From positions 47,370,001 through 47,434,000 of the forward strand of contig NW_024704743.1 in assembly GCF_018977255.1 (NCBI RefSeq): DNA of 64,000 nucleotides, read 5' to 3'. Of the stretch, positions 39,761 to 53,649 are shown one piece after another. The number at the start of each line of letters is the position of its first letter. The stretch's first letter is position 1. The stretch comes from Callorhinchus milii (taxonomy: Eukaryota). The notes below the pieces were generated by a model. It was not told the origin of the DNA. It did no database searches and saw nothing but the letters and a program-made list of their open reading frames with translations. The translations under genes and the position numbers were made by a program.

Positions 39761-42700
39761 GTATCTGACAATCGATGTTCATTTTTACTTGTGTTACACC
39801 TGAGTAAAGGTCAAAAGCACTGTACTGTGCTTTAACATTCAAATACTCAACTTACCTGACCATGCAGAATGTGTCATTTTTTAGTTATGGCAGGGAGAAT
39901 TGGACACAATGAGCGTGGGGAAGTGAAGAGTCTGTTTTTCATATCACATGTGAAACTCTGATTTGGATTCTCTTGAGCATTTGCTCACTCGTCACAAGTG
40001 GTTTTTGGGAGTCAGTTTGGCACAGCCCATAAAACCTCATCATGTTAGCTTCAATTTAAACCACTGAAGTTCAAACATAGCTGCTCGAGACCTTTGCAGG
40101 AATAGACACATGTTCAAGATACTCCCACAAGAAACTGCCCACAAACACCTCTGCGTACATTTTAGGCCCTGCAACCATTAATAAAAACAAGCTTAAACAT
40201 CTGGCTGGTGTTCAAGAGATAGATACTGCATTAAAGAAATAAGTTTCCATAGGAACACAAAATATAGTGGAGGTAAACAGCAACAAAGACACAAATGTTA
40301 TTAAAGAGCTGCTTTCAACATAAAAACTTGCAAAGTAAATAATTGCTCTTCACGGGTAATAGGATTCAAATCTTCTTACTCAGAGTACACAGTACAACGG
40401 ATACAATTCTGCACCCAAGCTGAACATTTCAACTGAATGTTTTTTCCACACAGAAACACCTCTTCTTCCCTTTTCTTTGTTGGTATGCCTGAAACAGCAG
40501 ATTGTTGAACAAAAGAATAATTTATAAATTCTTTGCTAAAATCACAGCTAGACTTTCCAAAAAAAAATAGCTAAGGCACTATTCTCATCCAGCAGGTTTA
40601 ACTGAATTGGCAAAGAATTTGGTCTGAATACAGTACTTTCCTGCAGTGAAACCTAATCCTTTTACAATGGAGTCCAAAACCGTTGGAAGAGTTCAGAAAA
40701 CACTGACACGTCTGCAGAAGCAGTGTACACGAATGGGAATAATGCCATGTGCGGTGCAGTCATTTGTGCTGAAATATATCACACTTTAATGACACTGGCC
40801 AGGACAACTTCAACTTCAGTGTAGGTCCACCTGCACCCAATGTGTAGCCATCCATAACTTTACGGTAATAAACTACATTTTGCAGGGCATGCTGACCTGT
40901 GACGTGGCAATTCTTTGTGCTCTCTTCCATATATAGTAGGGTGTCAACTTTGCTATTTTCAAGAGTAAGCTGGCCCTTACAATGAAAAAAAGTCCTTTAG
41001 TTTCTCTGCAATTCAGTTAGTAAATGGAGGCAATTTATCTGCCAATCTGGTGTATGCCATTTATTTGTAGCGACAAGGACAACTGGAAACAGTTAGCACG
41101 GGGATGTGAAGATCCCGCGCTTCCTATCCTCACCCTTTGCCCCCTCTTCATGATTAATTTTTCAAGAGACTGAATTGTTGGACCATTTCATTACATCGAT
41201 TTGTATTACGAATTTGACAAGATTATTTTGCACTGAACAGATCAAAATGAAAACATTGGCTTCTGCACTCACCATTGCCATTAACATTCAGAACTGTTTT
41301 AAAACAATTCTCTGCCCAAATATTCATTTACATTGTTATCCGGGTGCAAATATAATAGGTTTTGTTTATTGCAGAATTATATTTTTGAAAAAAAACTCAT
41401 CATAATAATATCCCTTTTGGACCCCTTGATAAAAACACTGCTGATCTCTAGTCTCAGTAGTGCAGTAAATCAATGCAGTGACTGTGCAAAAGTGCAACAT
41501 CAAGTTCAAAGAAAGTGCCAGTTCTGACCCTGGTTTGTACTGAGTTAGCTGGGCAAGCCTCTGGCCCATTTGTGAAGTCTAAATCCAAGCAGTGAGATGC
41601 TCTCACTAAGTGGATAGCAAGAACTCTCTGTCAGCTTCCTGGTAAGCATAAAATCTCAGCATGAACAGCGTGACAGCATTGCCGTGATCCTTCTGCCCAC
41701 AGCTCTGACACACGTACCTATCTGTTGAGTGATGGACCAGAGTGAGGGCCACCAATGCCAATGGAATGAGCCTCACAGAGTCACTGAAGTCTATCGCACA
41801 CTGAATACTTCCAATACCTGCTTATAATGAGATGTCCCACTGTCTTCAGGAAAGAAAGAGGAAAGGGCAGAACATTTAGAATTAAACAACAGAAAAGAAA
41901 GGATAACTACAGGTCTAAGAACAAGAGAGCAAGACAGCATGGTTTTTAAGAAATGTACACAACAAATTCTAAAAACAAATAGTATTTGACCTTCAGAATT
42001 CGGCAGATTAATGAATTTTCCCGTCAAATCAATCGAGCAGACAGATGACCTCAGGCATCAATCAATAAATTCCTAGCAGTAGTTTGAATGGAATTCCTCC
42101 AGGTGGGCAGGATCAGATGAATGTATGCACAAGTCAGATCCCTCATTTGTAATAATGGGAGTCAAGCCAGCTCTTTAAGGCATGTAAATTCTCCTTGTAC
42201 AGATAGGGAATGCATCTGCGTGCAGCGATGCTAAAGAGGCGATCTCTCCAAAGGCGTGTAATTGATTGTAGACAGGGATTTGGTAATTCAGGGCACCTGC
42301 AGTTAACAATCTCCTAGCTGCTAATTTGCTAGCAAGGTTCATTGCTCCACCTATATCCTGTTTACTTGGGTGCATTCAGTTTGCATCCAATTGCTCTAAA
42401 CCAAATCCTGCTGCTATCAATTACATAGTATTTAAACACAGAAAACTAAGAACCCAAATCCAAAGCATAAGAATTCAGGGCCCCAATATGTCTCATGGTG
42501 TTAAAAGAATTCTTAAACTCAGTTTTAATATTGAAGTCAGCATTCAAAACACAGACAGCAACAACTTAAATTTTAAGACAATGGGTTTAAGTTAAAACAA
42601 TGAGACATTTTGAACATCTGAAGGACAATAGTTATGCACAGTGTCATCTCCGAGCTTGTGTCGTGAACAGCATACAGTCGCCCTATCTCAGTTGTTGTGG

Positions 42701-43214
42701 TGAATAATCTGATTCAATGGCACTGAATTATTTTACAATAGCTGGATATCAAGCAACTTCAACTCAGAGCGGCATTAACCGTGTGTCAGGAGCTTGTATG
42801 TTTTACTCTGCAATAAGGTTGCAACAACAACAACAAGCATTTAAATAGCGCCCTTCACGCGGGGTAGCGTCCCAGACCACCTATCTACTTCTCGTCACAA
42901 AACACAGGCTCAGCAAACTCAGAAGCAGCTCAAAGGGGTTTTGAAACCAAGTGAGTAGCCCCCTTGTAAATAATAAGTGAATTAGCACACCAGTCCTGTG
43001 CAGTACTTTGCTGAGGCGTGTTTGTAATCCACTTTTCGATGCCATTCATGCATTCATCTGAACAAGAAGGCTGAGGATTATGATTTTTCCTAAAGCAATT
43101 AAACAACTGAATTCTAAACTTCAATGTAACTTCTGATGCAACGTGCTTCCCATATTGTATGATTCAAAGCCACAAGGCAATATGACTACAGATCAATAAT
43201 TAATTGCCTCATTT

Positions 43215-43525
43215 GATTCCTGTAGCTCAGTGGTTAGAGCACTCGCTTTGCAAGCGAGAGACCTGAGTTCAATTCCAGGCAGGGCGAAACCTTGGGCAAG
43301 TTTCCTTACTCCACACGCCTAATAATAATCCCTCCAAAACCAAAAACAATAATAAATTGGTCATTTTCAATCTACGACTGTTTGTGGGACATTGCTGTGC
43401 GCAATTGGCTGCCGCGTTCGCCCACAAATATACAGTCAATTCACTTTACAGTGTGTTCTGTGAAGCGCTTTGGGACGTCCTCCCGACATGAAAAGCGCTA
43501 TATCAAATGCAAGGATTATTATTAT
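43215..43525 (+). mobile_element. tRNA-Ala-headed SINE (young copy)
   Basis: Near-identical to the 31310 and 57101 copies. Confidence 0.92.
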
Positions 43526-45584
43526 CTTCCACTGCATGTTTTTATCAATGTAGCAGAATTTCAGAGGAGTGTTGGTGAAAATCGGCATTGCATGGTACTG
43601 TACACGTGCTACATCCGTTTCCAACTCCGCCATTGTTAAGCACTGAGACACTATCCCGCATTACACTATTCTGCAGAATACCACCAGTGATGTAGCACAA
43701 CAGTAAGAGTTTGTGGATGCTTTGCTAATTGACCATTGGAGTACTAGGGTATCCACATGAATTATCATTTTTAAAATTATGTAAAACAAATTCTAATGTT
43801 AGATTGGCACCGGGACAAAAGACTACAGAATTAAAATTGTGATGTTAATTAACACAACAAATCTGTTAAAAAACCATGACATTTTCCTGCCAGTAACTAA
43901 AGACTGGAATTGTGTGAAACTTCCCTACCCCCTAACTGGTTTACAAAAAGTCCCTACCTTTTTTGAATAATGCCACAGAATCTTTGAACATTCACGTGAA
44001 GAGGCAGACAGAACCTTGGTTTAATGTTTCATCTAAAGAACAGCACTTCTTACAGTGCAGCAAACTCCCAGCACTGCACTGAAGTGTTAGCCTCGACTGT
44101 GAGCTTGGTTGGCAATGGTCAAATATTTGTACACCTGCACTGTTTATAGTGCTGCTTCACGGGAGACTGGCTTAATTTATATCTGTTAAGAAACAGCACA
44201 GTTGTGACCCACGCATTGATATGAAATCAATATTTACTCCATAATCCAAACCATTACAGAGCCTCATTTTATACAATCCACGTTCAGCAGTTTCACTTCA
44301 CTTTAAAGTACAAAAATAATACCATTGACTAAAACTAATCCCTTTGTAGAAAATATTGCTTCATCTTCAAACTATCACTGGACAAACAAGTCACCAGTCT
44401 TCTTTATTTAAAGAGTTGTGGTGTGAGGTGATCATTATCTTGAAGCTCTGAGTACCAACAATGAATCATCTGTTTACTCCAACAGCACTGTAGGTGTGTG
44501 TGTATGGTGGGGGAGGGAGGATAGAGCAGGAAGTGGACAGGTTGGGAGGTAGAGTTTATAGATCTCATAAATTTCTATCCGTTTATTTCTAACACTATAT
44601 AAAAAGGGCCCTCAGACCAATTAAATGCCATCTGTAAGTAATTGAACAAGTCTAAAATAAATGAATTAAGTTCCACAAGTCTCCAAGCCACTCCTGTGTG
44701 CTCTCAAGTAAATTGTATTGAAAACCATAGGCCTTAAACTAATTGACACAAAAAAGAGGAGTTACATTAGTATTAGCTGAAGTTTCTTTATTATAGATAA
44801 AAGATAATCACAGATCTATGAATAGAGTAGTTATTCAAAACACTGTTTTGTTTCTGTTAGAACCACCAATTATACCAGATTCTCCTGATTCTCTGGGTGG
44901 TGCACATAATGAGCATGTTTGTCAGCAGACAGCACCCAATCTTTTGAAGTTACCTTTGGCTTCAAACCAATCTAATTTTACTGAAACCAAACCCAGATTT
45001 CAAAGCTACTTTCTTTTTGCAATTAGACTGGACCTCCTTAATCTTAAATCATACATCATAAAAAATCACCTCGATCAACCTGAGATTGAAAAACCCGGAA
45101 AGCTCATCCCTGTCAGCATGTCACTGAACATGAAGGGAACCTAATATTCACACAAACACAGAGTGGCAAGGTTAGAAATGACTTGTTATGTCAAGGTTAT
45201 ACATCAAACATCCATTGTGTTTAACAACAATTATGTACTGTAGAGTGGTTTATTTCTGTTGTAAAATGCCACTGATTATGGTCCCTCCTAAAAAGATCAA
45301 TGTAATCACTTTTAAATGAACCTTGCTGCAGCAGTATTATTTTGAAGCAGAGCAGTAGTGTTGTACCAGTCAAACCATTGCTATGGAACAAAACTGTCAT
45401 TAAAACACTCACAAGGTTGCATTAGTCAACAGTGCCTTCCTGAAACTGCTTTCATCAGACAAGATAAAACAAATATCCACAGAATATTGTGTGCTTAAAG
45501 TCTCAACAAACATGGAACCCTAATGCAACTCCCCCATCCTTCCACCCACATCACCAAGACAAAGAAGGATTTGATTTTTCTTAC

Positions 45585-45695
45585 CATTTTTGCTTCTGAA
45601 GGTATTTGCTGGATTTGCGGAGGAGTGCAGGGATTATTTAGGGAAGGGCCTGGCATTCCCATGATATTAGAGCTCAAGGACATCTGCCTATCCAT
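45585..45695 (-). CDS. CREB5: CREB5 internal coding exon (111 nt): MDRQMSLSSNIMGMPGPSLNNPCTPPQIQQIPSEAKM
   Basis: It matches the next CREB5 segment as recalled (MERQMSVNSSIMGMQGPNLSNPCASPQVQPMHSEAKM); SEAKM is shared with ATF2. Acceptor is ttttttattttttaaAG|ATG and donor is ATG|GTAAG. Phase 0-0, in frame with the 62208-62334 exon. Confidence 0.95.
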
Positions 45696-45857
45696 CTTTA
45701 AAAAATAAAAAAGCAGCAATTTTAAAAGAATACCACGAACAGATGAACATTTGATGTTAACAATAAAAAAGTGCATCAGTAATTTTTGACAGTGTTTCTG
45801 AGATTTTAACAAAGGCTGTATGTATTGCAACCAATGCTAATTGCCAATGTTTTGGAT

Positions 45858-46170
45858 AATAATAATCATAATAATAATCCTTGCATTTTATATAGCACCT
45901 TATCACATTGTCGAAGTGCATAAAAGCACTTCAATGGATATACTGTAAAGTGCAGTGATTATGTATTTTGTGGGCAAAATACGACAACCAAATACGCAAA
46001 ACAATGTCCCACAAAAAGCCATTGCGTGAGTGACCAATTTTGTTCGGAGGATTGTTGGCCAGGTCACTGAGAGAAACTCCCTTCTTTTATTGAATTGTGC
46101 CATGGGATCTTTAACGTCCACCTGAACAGGCAGACGGGGACCTCAGTTTAACTTCTCATGCGAAAGATCA
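45858..46170 (-). mobile_element. Deu-domain SINE 3' half, ~160 bp upstream of the 111-nt exon acceptor
   Basis: Tail ataataatccttgcatttatatagc and core gccatgggatctttaacgtccacctgaacaggcagac. Confidence 0.8.
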
Positions 46171-49100
46171 AACAATTAGACTCCATAAAGAATTGGGGAT
46201 TCTTTTATTGCTTAGGAATTGATACATTGTTTATTAAAACGTCAGTATATTCCTCAACAACAAAGATGAAACAACATAAGGAAATTACATTTTACGTGAA
46301 ATTATATTCTTATTAGCACGTCACCATCTGCTCACATGCCAAAATGCCAGATGATTGCAAATGGCTCAGTGAGTAAATGCACCACAACATTTATACAGAA
46401 TCATATAAACTTAAAAGGTCCTTGGTTCAATGCATGACCCCTGCTGACTAACTTTTCTCAGCCAACTACTACAAATAGGGAGTGGGAAGGTATGATATCA
46501 GTCAAGAGTTCCTGCTTATGATCATTATCCTGTGACTCATGCTGGAAAGGAGAATAGAGCTGGGCTAAACTATAATGTTCCTGGGTTGAACAGCCGAGTG
46601 ACGTTCACTGTAAGGCTCACACATAAAAGGGTGAAAATCAGGATTTTTAACTAGTCTAGGCTGACTCTACGGTGCTAAGAGTACACTGAGTAATTGGAGA
46701 TGCCGTCCTCCAGATGAGTCCCATGGCATTATTTGAAAAGAGAAGGGGTTTCAAGTGGTGTCCTGGACAACAAGCCTCCAAATAAAATTGATCGTTCATT
46801 CACTTCAAGCCTGTCCTTGAGACACTGTGTACAGATTGGCCCTGCATTCACCTACAAAATACACAGTTACTATATTTTACCATATATTATGTAAAGTGCT
46901 TTGAGATGCCCTTTCAGTGTGAAAGGCAGGGATTATATTAATATCATTGTGCAATATTCATCATCATAGTTACTGCCAGTTCTAATTATCGCATGTGATA
47001 AAGTACAATCCAAACCTTGTCTTTTTCCATTGACACATTTGGGAATGAATTCTCCCCCTCTCCCCTCCCCCCCCAATAATTTAGTCTGAAGTGGGACACA
47101 TTCTCTCTGTGCTGCAATCTTTGTTTTTGCCACAGTTGATCTGGGCCTTTCAGTCCCATTGCTCAAATATTGTCACAATTCTGACTGGGACACTCCCGAC
47201 ATGAAAAGAGCTATACAAATGTAATTTGTTGTTGTTAAGCCTATGTTGTATGTAATGGAGACTGAAAATCCCAAACAGGGCAGCAAAAACAAACTACTGT
47301 GCCAAAGTCAAACCTTCAATAATGAACACCAGATCTGGGATTGCACTTTTAACGATTTGACGGTGATAATTATCATATCAAATATTGCAGTTTCCACCCA
47401 AAACATAAACATGTGGATAAAGCATTAAAGGGCTGCAGGTGTTTGAGGAGTCGTAGCCCAGCACAAGCCACAGTCTTTGTCCAAGGAAGGTAGAAGGGAG
47501 GAAAAAACAATAAGTGTAAAGCAGCAGATTTGCCAATGGACTTCTTCGGGTTAACTCACAATGACACTTTCTAGAGAAAAATCATGTTTCTTAACTAAAT
47601 CACCATGAGTCAGAATTAACAAAGAAATTAAATGTATCCAAAACACACAACAAATCTTAACAACGAATTCAACATCTGAGAAGTTGAAAAGGTGAATAGC
47701 TGTGAATTTAAAATCTTAACTTTTTTTTCAGTGTTTAATATAAATAAGCAGACAGTAGTTTCCTCATCAGAGAATTACATTTTACGATTTACAATTTACA
47801 ATTTACAATTTCACATTAAGAGAACATCTCAATGTGCTTCACCCAACTGACTGGAAGCTCGATCTGTGAGGTGGGAGCTGAGGAAAGGAAAAGTGGCTGA
47901 AAGCATGGTTGAAGAGATAGGTTTTGATGGTGGAGAGTGAGGGGAATAGATAGAGGGACTCTGGGATTGAGTTCCAGTGAACAGGGGCAGAGTGGCTGAA
48001 GGCTTGTCCTCCAACAGTGATTGGAGTGGGTGGGGAATATGATCCAGGCTGAGTGATGTCTGCTGAGTTACAGGAGAACACATATTGAGATGTTTCAGTC
48101 AAGTCTTTGAATGAAGCATTCAATATTATATATGTATATGCTTTTAGATAAAACACCATGATATATGTTACCTGTTTTTAAAATTGTAGGAACAATTCTT
48201 TATCCTTAATATGCTGGACTACAACAGCAAATGATCAAACAGACATTCAGACACTGAATGAAGATCATCCCATACTAGATACATAATTTTACTGCCAACT
48301 CGCTGAATTATTTTAAACAGATGGTACGGATTTCTTGGTATTTTACTGGTCAACAACCATGACACAAAGTGAAAAGGGTTCCTGCTTACAATGTTTAGTT
48401 CAAGAGAAGGCTCAGATGGGAATAAGCAAATAAACAAACCCACCCAAATATGGCTCAGCTTCAGGTTTCATGTAAAATGTTAAGATTGCTCTGTTCTTCA
48501 GGAAATTGGAGTCCCAACTGACCAAATATGTGGATGTGAGCCGAGTTTTATTTTGTGTTGATGTTGGCTGTAATGTTAGTGGTTTTAATTTGATGGGTTG
48601 GGGTCAATTAAGAATGAAATCATCTGAAAAATCCAAATGTAGGATAGGTTCATTCATCCCTAATATCAGTGAACACAGATAACAGAGACATTATAACAAT
48701 AGCCTGTGTGTCAAATCTACAACTAACAAAACAAATATAAACCATAAATATTAATATTAACCCTTACCACCCCAGGGTACTGGAAACTATTCTACAAATT
48801 ATGTTAATATATTTTGAGGCTGCATCATTGGATTTATACATTTGAGGGTTTAACATACATGTTCTAATGCTAAGATTGAGAGCCAGGAGCAGATAATGTC
48901 TATCCTGTTGAACCACAACAGTAGTCAGGTGGGAAAGTTGCTTTGCTTGTCATTTAAGGAGTGAGGAAAACCTTGCTCACTAAAAAAAATCTTATGAGTT
49001 CAGGAGGGGAAAATTTGTATATTTTAGCTATATGCAACAGCAACCTCCATTTATATAATGCCTTTCACTCAGGACAGCAGCTAATTAATAATAAATATGC

Positions 49101-52039
49101 ATAATAAATGGTCACCTGGACCAAATACCAACAGCACTTTACAAACCCATGCATGAGTTGTTGCCTTTAGTAGAGAATAGAGGGGAGAAACAATTGAATT
49201 TAAAAATAACTTTTCAAAGTTGGTAGTTTATAAATGTTCAGCACTCTCTTGCCAGGAAATCATTTTAACCTTGGTTAGAAGGAAGAGTGATACAACAATA
49301 TTTTTTAAAGAAGAGCTGTGAATCATTGTCACATTGAACAGGATCCCTTTAATAAGATTATTATTAATTAGGCCCTAATATAATTTTTTTAAGAGGTTAA
49401 GATATTAAAACACTTTTTTAAGCATCTAAATATTTGCACCGCAAGTACAGTTATCCAACCCTGGAAATCTAGATTTTTGAATGTTAAGTTTATGTAGCAA
49501 ATAAAAAAGTTTTCAGTTCAGATAGTTCTAAGTTGAGGAAAGAGCTCTTGTTTTCAAGAATCTGCTCCTCTCAGTAATCTCGAAACTAAGGCAGGAAACG
49601 GTATAGTAATGGAAACATCCACTGTGACCTTGTAGCATCCGTTACTAGCTTCATGGCCCTGTGCAAACTTACTGAGAATGAAGGCAGATTGCTGCAATTA
49701 CCCAAGTGATGCCTTGACCTGTTTGCATCTGAGATGTTGCAAAAATGCAGTTTTAGTGTTTTATTTCAAGTATTAACATGTCAATCTTTTTTAAAAATGG
49801 TTGGTCTACAAGGACAAGTTCTAACATTTTAAAATACCAAAGGTAAATTTTAAGTATAATAATTATAGTAAATCTTATCATAAACTTGTGAGAACCAGCA
49901 AATGTAATCAAGTTCAAGGTTTATCTTATCAAGGTTTACGCTGTTGTACAGTATCAAAGCTTTAGTGGAAAAGTGAATGGAAAATAGGTTAGTTATAATG
50001 ATGAGAGTCGACTGCTTGTGTGTGTTTTTTACAAATCAAAGGAAAAGTTTCCACTGACAAATAGATGGTGTGGTCATACAGGAGAAGCACAAGGACTGAA
50101 GTGCAGATCCAAATGTAAATAAGCTGCAGTTATCAAGTAGGCTAACTTCATGTCATTCTGCCACGTGTGGATTTGAAATTATTTTTGACAATTTTGAAAT
50201 GACGTATTAGGGTTGAATATATCTATTATCTAATTTGCAATATTTGGTGGGAAACGCTTATAGCAATTTTCAAAAGATGCCAAATTTTTTTTAAAAAATT
50301 CCAGGTGTGAAGCAGCATTTTTTAGAGTTGTCCATTTTGCTATCAGAAATCATTGACTCAAATCCAAACTCTCAGGCTTACTGAAGGGCTCAACACACTC
50401 TTGTGAATTTTTGCAACAATTGTAAATTGGGCTCAGTTTGCTCATTCAGCACTTCCAAAAAGCTACTAAAGAAAAGCTGCCTTTAGCTTAGTGTTTTTCA
50501 ATGACTAAGCCACAAGCGCCAGTGCTGCTCCATGAAAACCTCATACTGGTCTACACCAGTCTCTGTAGTTGTATCCATAGTATGGCACTGGAGTGTCTGC
50601 CAAGAACCCACATCCTTTCGACTCGAAAGGTATGAAAAGTAGAGAAAGTAGTACCAACTGAACCAGATCAATACACATTATAAGTAGGAATTGAGCTAAA
50701 ACTGGTATCAGAAAGGTTGAGCAGATCTATTCCCTAAAATCCCAGAATACGAGTGAAGACACAAATATTCTGGATCTACTGGAAGATGACAGAAAGTTTA
50801 CTTCATACTACAGTCATTAGGGTATGAAAGTTCAATACAAAACATTATTCTCAGAGCAGGATAACTTGAGTTGGATATGGAAAGTTACCCATTGATACTG
50901 GAGCAACAGTCATCCTCCTCCAAACAAAAGCAAGATAATATTCAATTCTGCACATGGCAAATTTGATTTGCTTCCTGTTAAATTCTCCTCAAACTGCATT
51001 CCTCAAATTATTTATCTGTAAACCCCTCACATTGCTCTGAATTGGAAGTTAGATATGCTTCTACTTGACTGCACTATTATCAGACTTCACCTCTCCACCA
51101 CTTTCTAATCTTGCTCTCCTTCACAGGAATTTTTAAAAGTTTCTGCTGTGTGTGTAGTTGCTGAAGGCTTCACCACTGATGAGGGGCAGAGGAGGCGGAG
51201 GAAGGACAGCAGGCCCAAGTGGACACAAGCAAAACAGTGGGAGAGGAGAAGATTACAAAAATACAGAGCTGCTGGCACATTAAGGGATCCATAGGTGAGG
51301 GTGAGGAACCGGAAGTCAAAGTCCATGGATCATTTTGGAAATTATAGCATGCCAACAAATAAAGACAACACAGCCAAAGGCAACCCATTGAAAAGCTTTC
51401 ACCTTTTTCCTCCATTATCCCTTTTCCAAAAGCTATTGGGACAAATTTGAAGTCTTTTTTTTGAGAACTTGCCCTTAAATTGCATAATAGTGTTATGTCC
51501 AAAGACAAGTCACCCACACCTTTGTAAATGTTACCAATCTGCTACAGGTCTAATACAGCGTAATTCATTTAATGTTTTCTAGCTCAATTTATTAACGATT
51601 ATGCAGAAGTTTAAGAAAATAACAGATAATGTATAGTTTTATGGATTTGCTAGAACAATGATATAATTCCTTTAAAAAGATAGTTTTAGAATTTAGGACC
51701 CACAACTAGTTACCCTCAGTTACATACAGTCTGGAAAACTGGCAGCAAATATGCCAGTCTGTGTATCTAGGAAACTAATTTTGTTTCCAGTATATTGGGA
51801 GTACTTTCTGAAGGAAACACATACATGTTTGTTGGTGAGGAGTTTTTGCCTGTTTTCTTGGGATTCAATAGCTGGGTTTGATTTGGGTCTTCAGCTAAAC
51901 AAACAAGTTGTGCTAAATATTTATTTTCAGAAGACAGACTGATTGATCATCAAGGAATTACAGGTAGGAAATTCAGACAGACTATATTCTCATAATTTCC
52001 CTCTTGTGGCTTCAATCCAAGTGTCATGATTTAACACCA

Positions 52040-52470
52040 GCTTGAATCAGTTAGTATAACTCTCGCCTTTGAGTCAAAAGGTTGTGGCTTCAAGGCTGGG
52101 GCTTTGAGCTCATAGTCCAGGCTGATAATCTAGCGCAATGTTCGAAAGTGTTGCACTGTCAGAGTTGCCATTCTTCGGAAGCGATATTAAGCCAAGTTCC
52201 AATCTGCCTGTTCAGGTGGACGTTAAAGATCCCATGGCTCTATGCAAATAAGGGAGTTTCTCCTGCAGTCCTAGCCAACAATCCCTTAGGTAACAAAAGT
52301 CATTCACTTCATGGCTGTTTGTGGGACATCGCTGCACACAGATTGGTTGTCATATCTGCCTACGAATAGAGAGTAACTAAACTTTATAGTAAATCCTGTG
52401 ACCCTCACCCCTTAGAGATATTTTGATTACATGATAAGGGCTACATCAAATGCAAGGATTCTTATTATTA
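52040..52470 (+). mobile_element. Deu-domain SINE (SacSINE1/AmnSINE1-like), near full length
   Basis: Decayed tRNA head, the Deu-type core tctgcctgttcaggtggacgttaaagatcccatggc, a gctgtttgtgggacat 3' region and an atcaaatgcaagg(att)n tail. Confidence 0.8.
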
Positions 52471-52677
52471 ATAATGTCAGCCCATTGGCTTCTATGTTCT
52501 TTGACCACATTTCACTCAGCACTGGCCAGATAGTTTCAGTTCCGATAATTATTTCTGCTGTTTTGGTTTGTTTATTTCTTGTTTCCAAGTGGAAAAAATA
52601 CATCTGCAAAACTGTAGATCTGTGTTACTAACAGCAGGACTCCAAACCATGTTATTGATCCAAATAGTCCAAAATGA

Positions 52678-52975
52678 TAATAATAATAATAAGCCTCGCA
52701 CTTGGTATACCACCTTTCATGTTAGGGTGGATGTCTCAAAGCACTTCACAGGATATACAGTGAAATCTGTGTGGGCAAACGCGGCAGCCTAATTGTGCAC
52801 AGCAATATCCTACAAACAGCCATGAAACAAATGACCAATTTTATTTGGGGGGTTGTTGGCCTGGACATTAGGAGAAACTCCCTTGTCTTTTGAAGTAGTG
52901 CCATGGATCTTTAGTGTCCACCTGTACAGGCAGACAGGACCTCGGTTTAACATCTTATCGGAAGGGCGGCACGTT
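52678..52975 (-). mobile_element. Deu-domain SINE 3' half
   Basis: Tail plus core gccatggatctttagtgtccacctgtacaggcagac. Confidence 0.75.
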
Positions 52976-53338
52976 TTCCAGGTTAGGAAGCCCTGAAACT
53001 AATTGTAGTGCCTTCAACCACTGTTTCTATTAAACACAGACACAGATTCATACCTCAAATCTGTGTGGATTATTCTTCTACAAAGCAGTGCCTGCATCAA
53101 CTGGGCCAACAGTGAAGCCGACATTCTATCTAACAACAAGTTCAGATTGCCAGCATGAATATCTAGGTCTAAATTCCCACCATTGGATTTCAATCTTTGT
53201 TTATTATAATTTAACAAGTAAAATTTAATTTACATCAATGATCAACCTGTTGAATTCAAATGTGAGTACAATATTTGTTTTGGGAAAAGAGGAAACAGGA
53301 ACTTTTTCAATGAATGCTATTTCTGTACTATATAACAT

Positions 53339-53649
53339 AATAATAATAATCCTTGCATTTGATATAGCGCTTTTCATGTCTTCTCGACGTCTCAAAGCGC
53401 TTCACAGAATATACTGTAAAGTGAATTGACCGTATATTTGTGGGCGAACCTCGGCAGCCAATTGCGCACAGCAGTGTCCCACAAACAGTCGTGGATTGAA
53501 AATGACCAATTTTTTTTTTTTTTTGGGAGGGATTATTATTAGGCGTGCAGAGTAAGGAAACTTGCCCAAGGTTTCGCCCTCTGCCTGGAATTGAACCCAG
53601 GTGTCTCACTTGCAAGGCGAGTGCTCTAACCACTGAGCTACAGGACTCC
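53339..53649 (-). mobile_element. tRNA-Ala-headed SINE abutting the (TTG)n tail of an L2
   Basis: Reverse complement of the family consensus; its head ends where the caacaacaac L2 tail begins. Confidence 0.9.

Larger units (their letters stand above)
1..45584 (-). other. CREB5: Part of a long CREB5 intron (>45 kb); next exon (RLKAAL.../His-rich) not found in window
   Basis: Donor GTAAG starts at 45584. I saw no RLKAALT-like or His-rich coding segment on the minus strand downstream. Confidence 0.75.

Noticed and set aside
43215..43290. tRNA-Ala(TGC) genes at the SINE heads
   Set aside because: Each continues into the SINE body and LINE-type tail with no terminator, has an imperfect T stem and lacks G3-U70. 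Annotated as SINEs.
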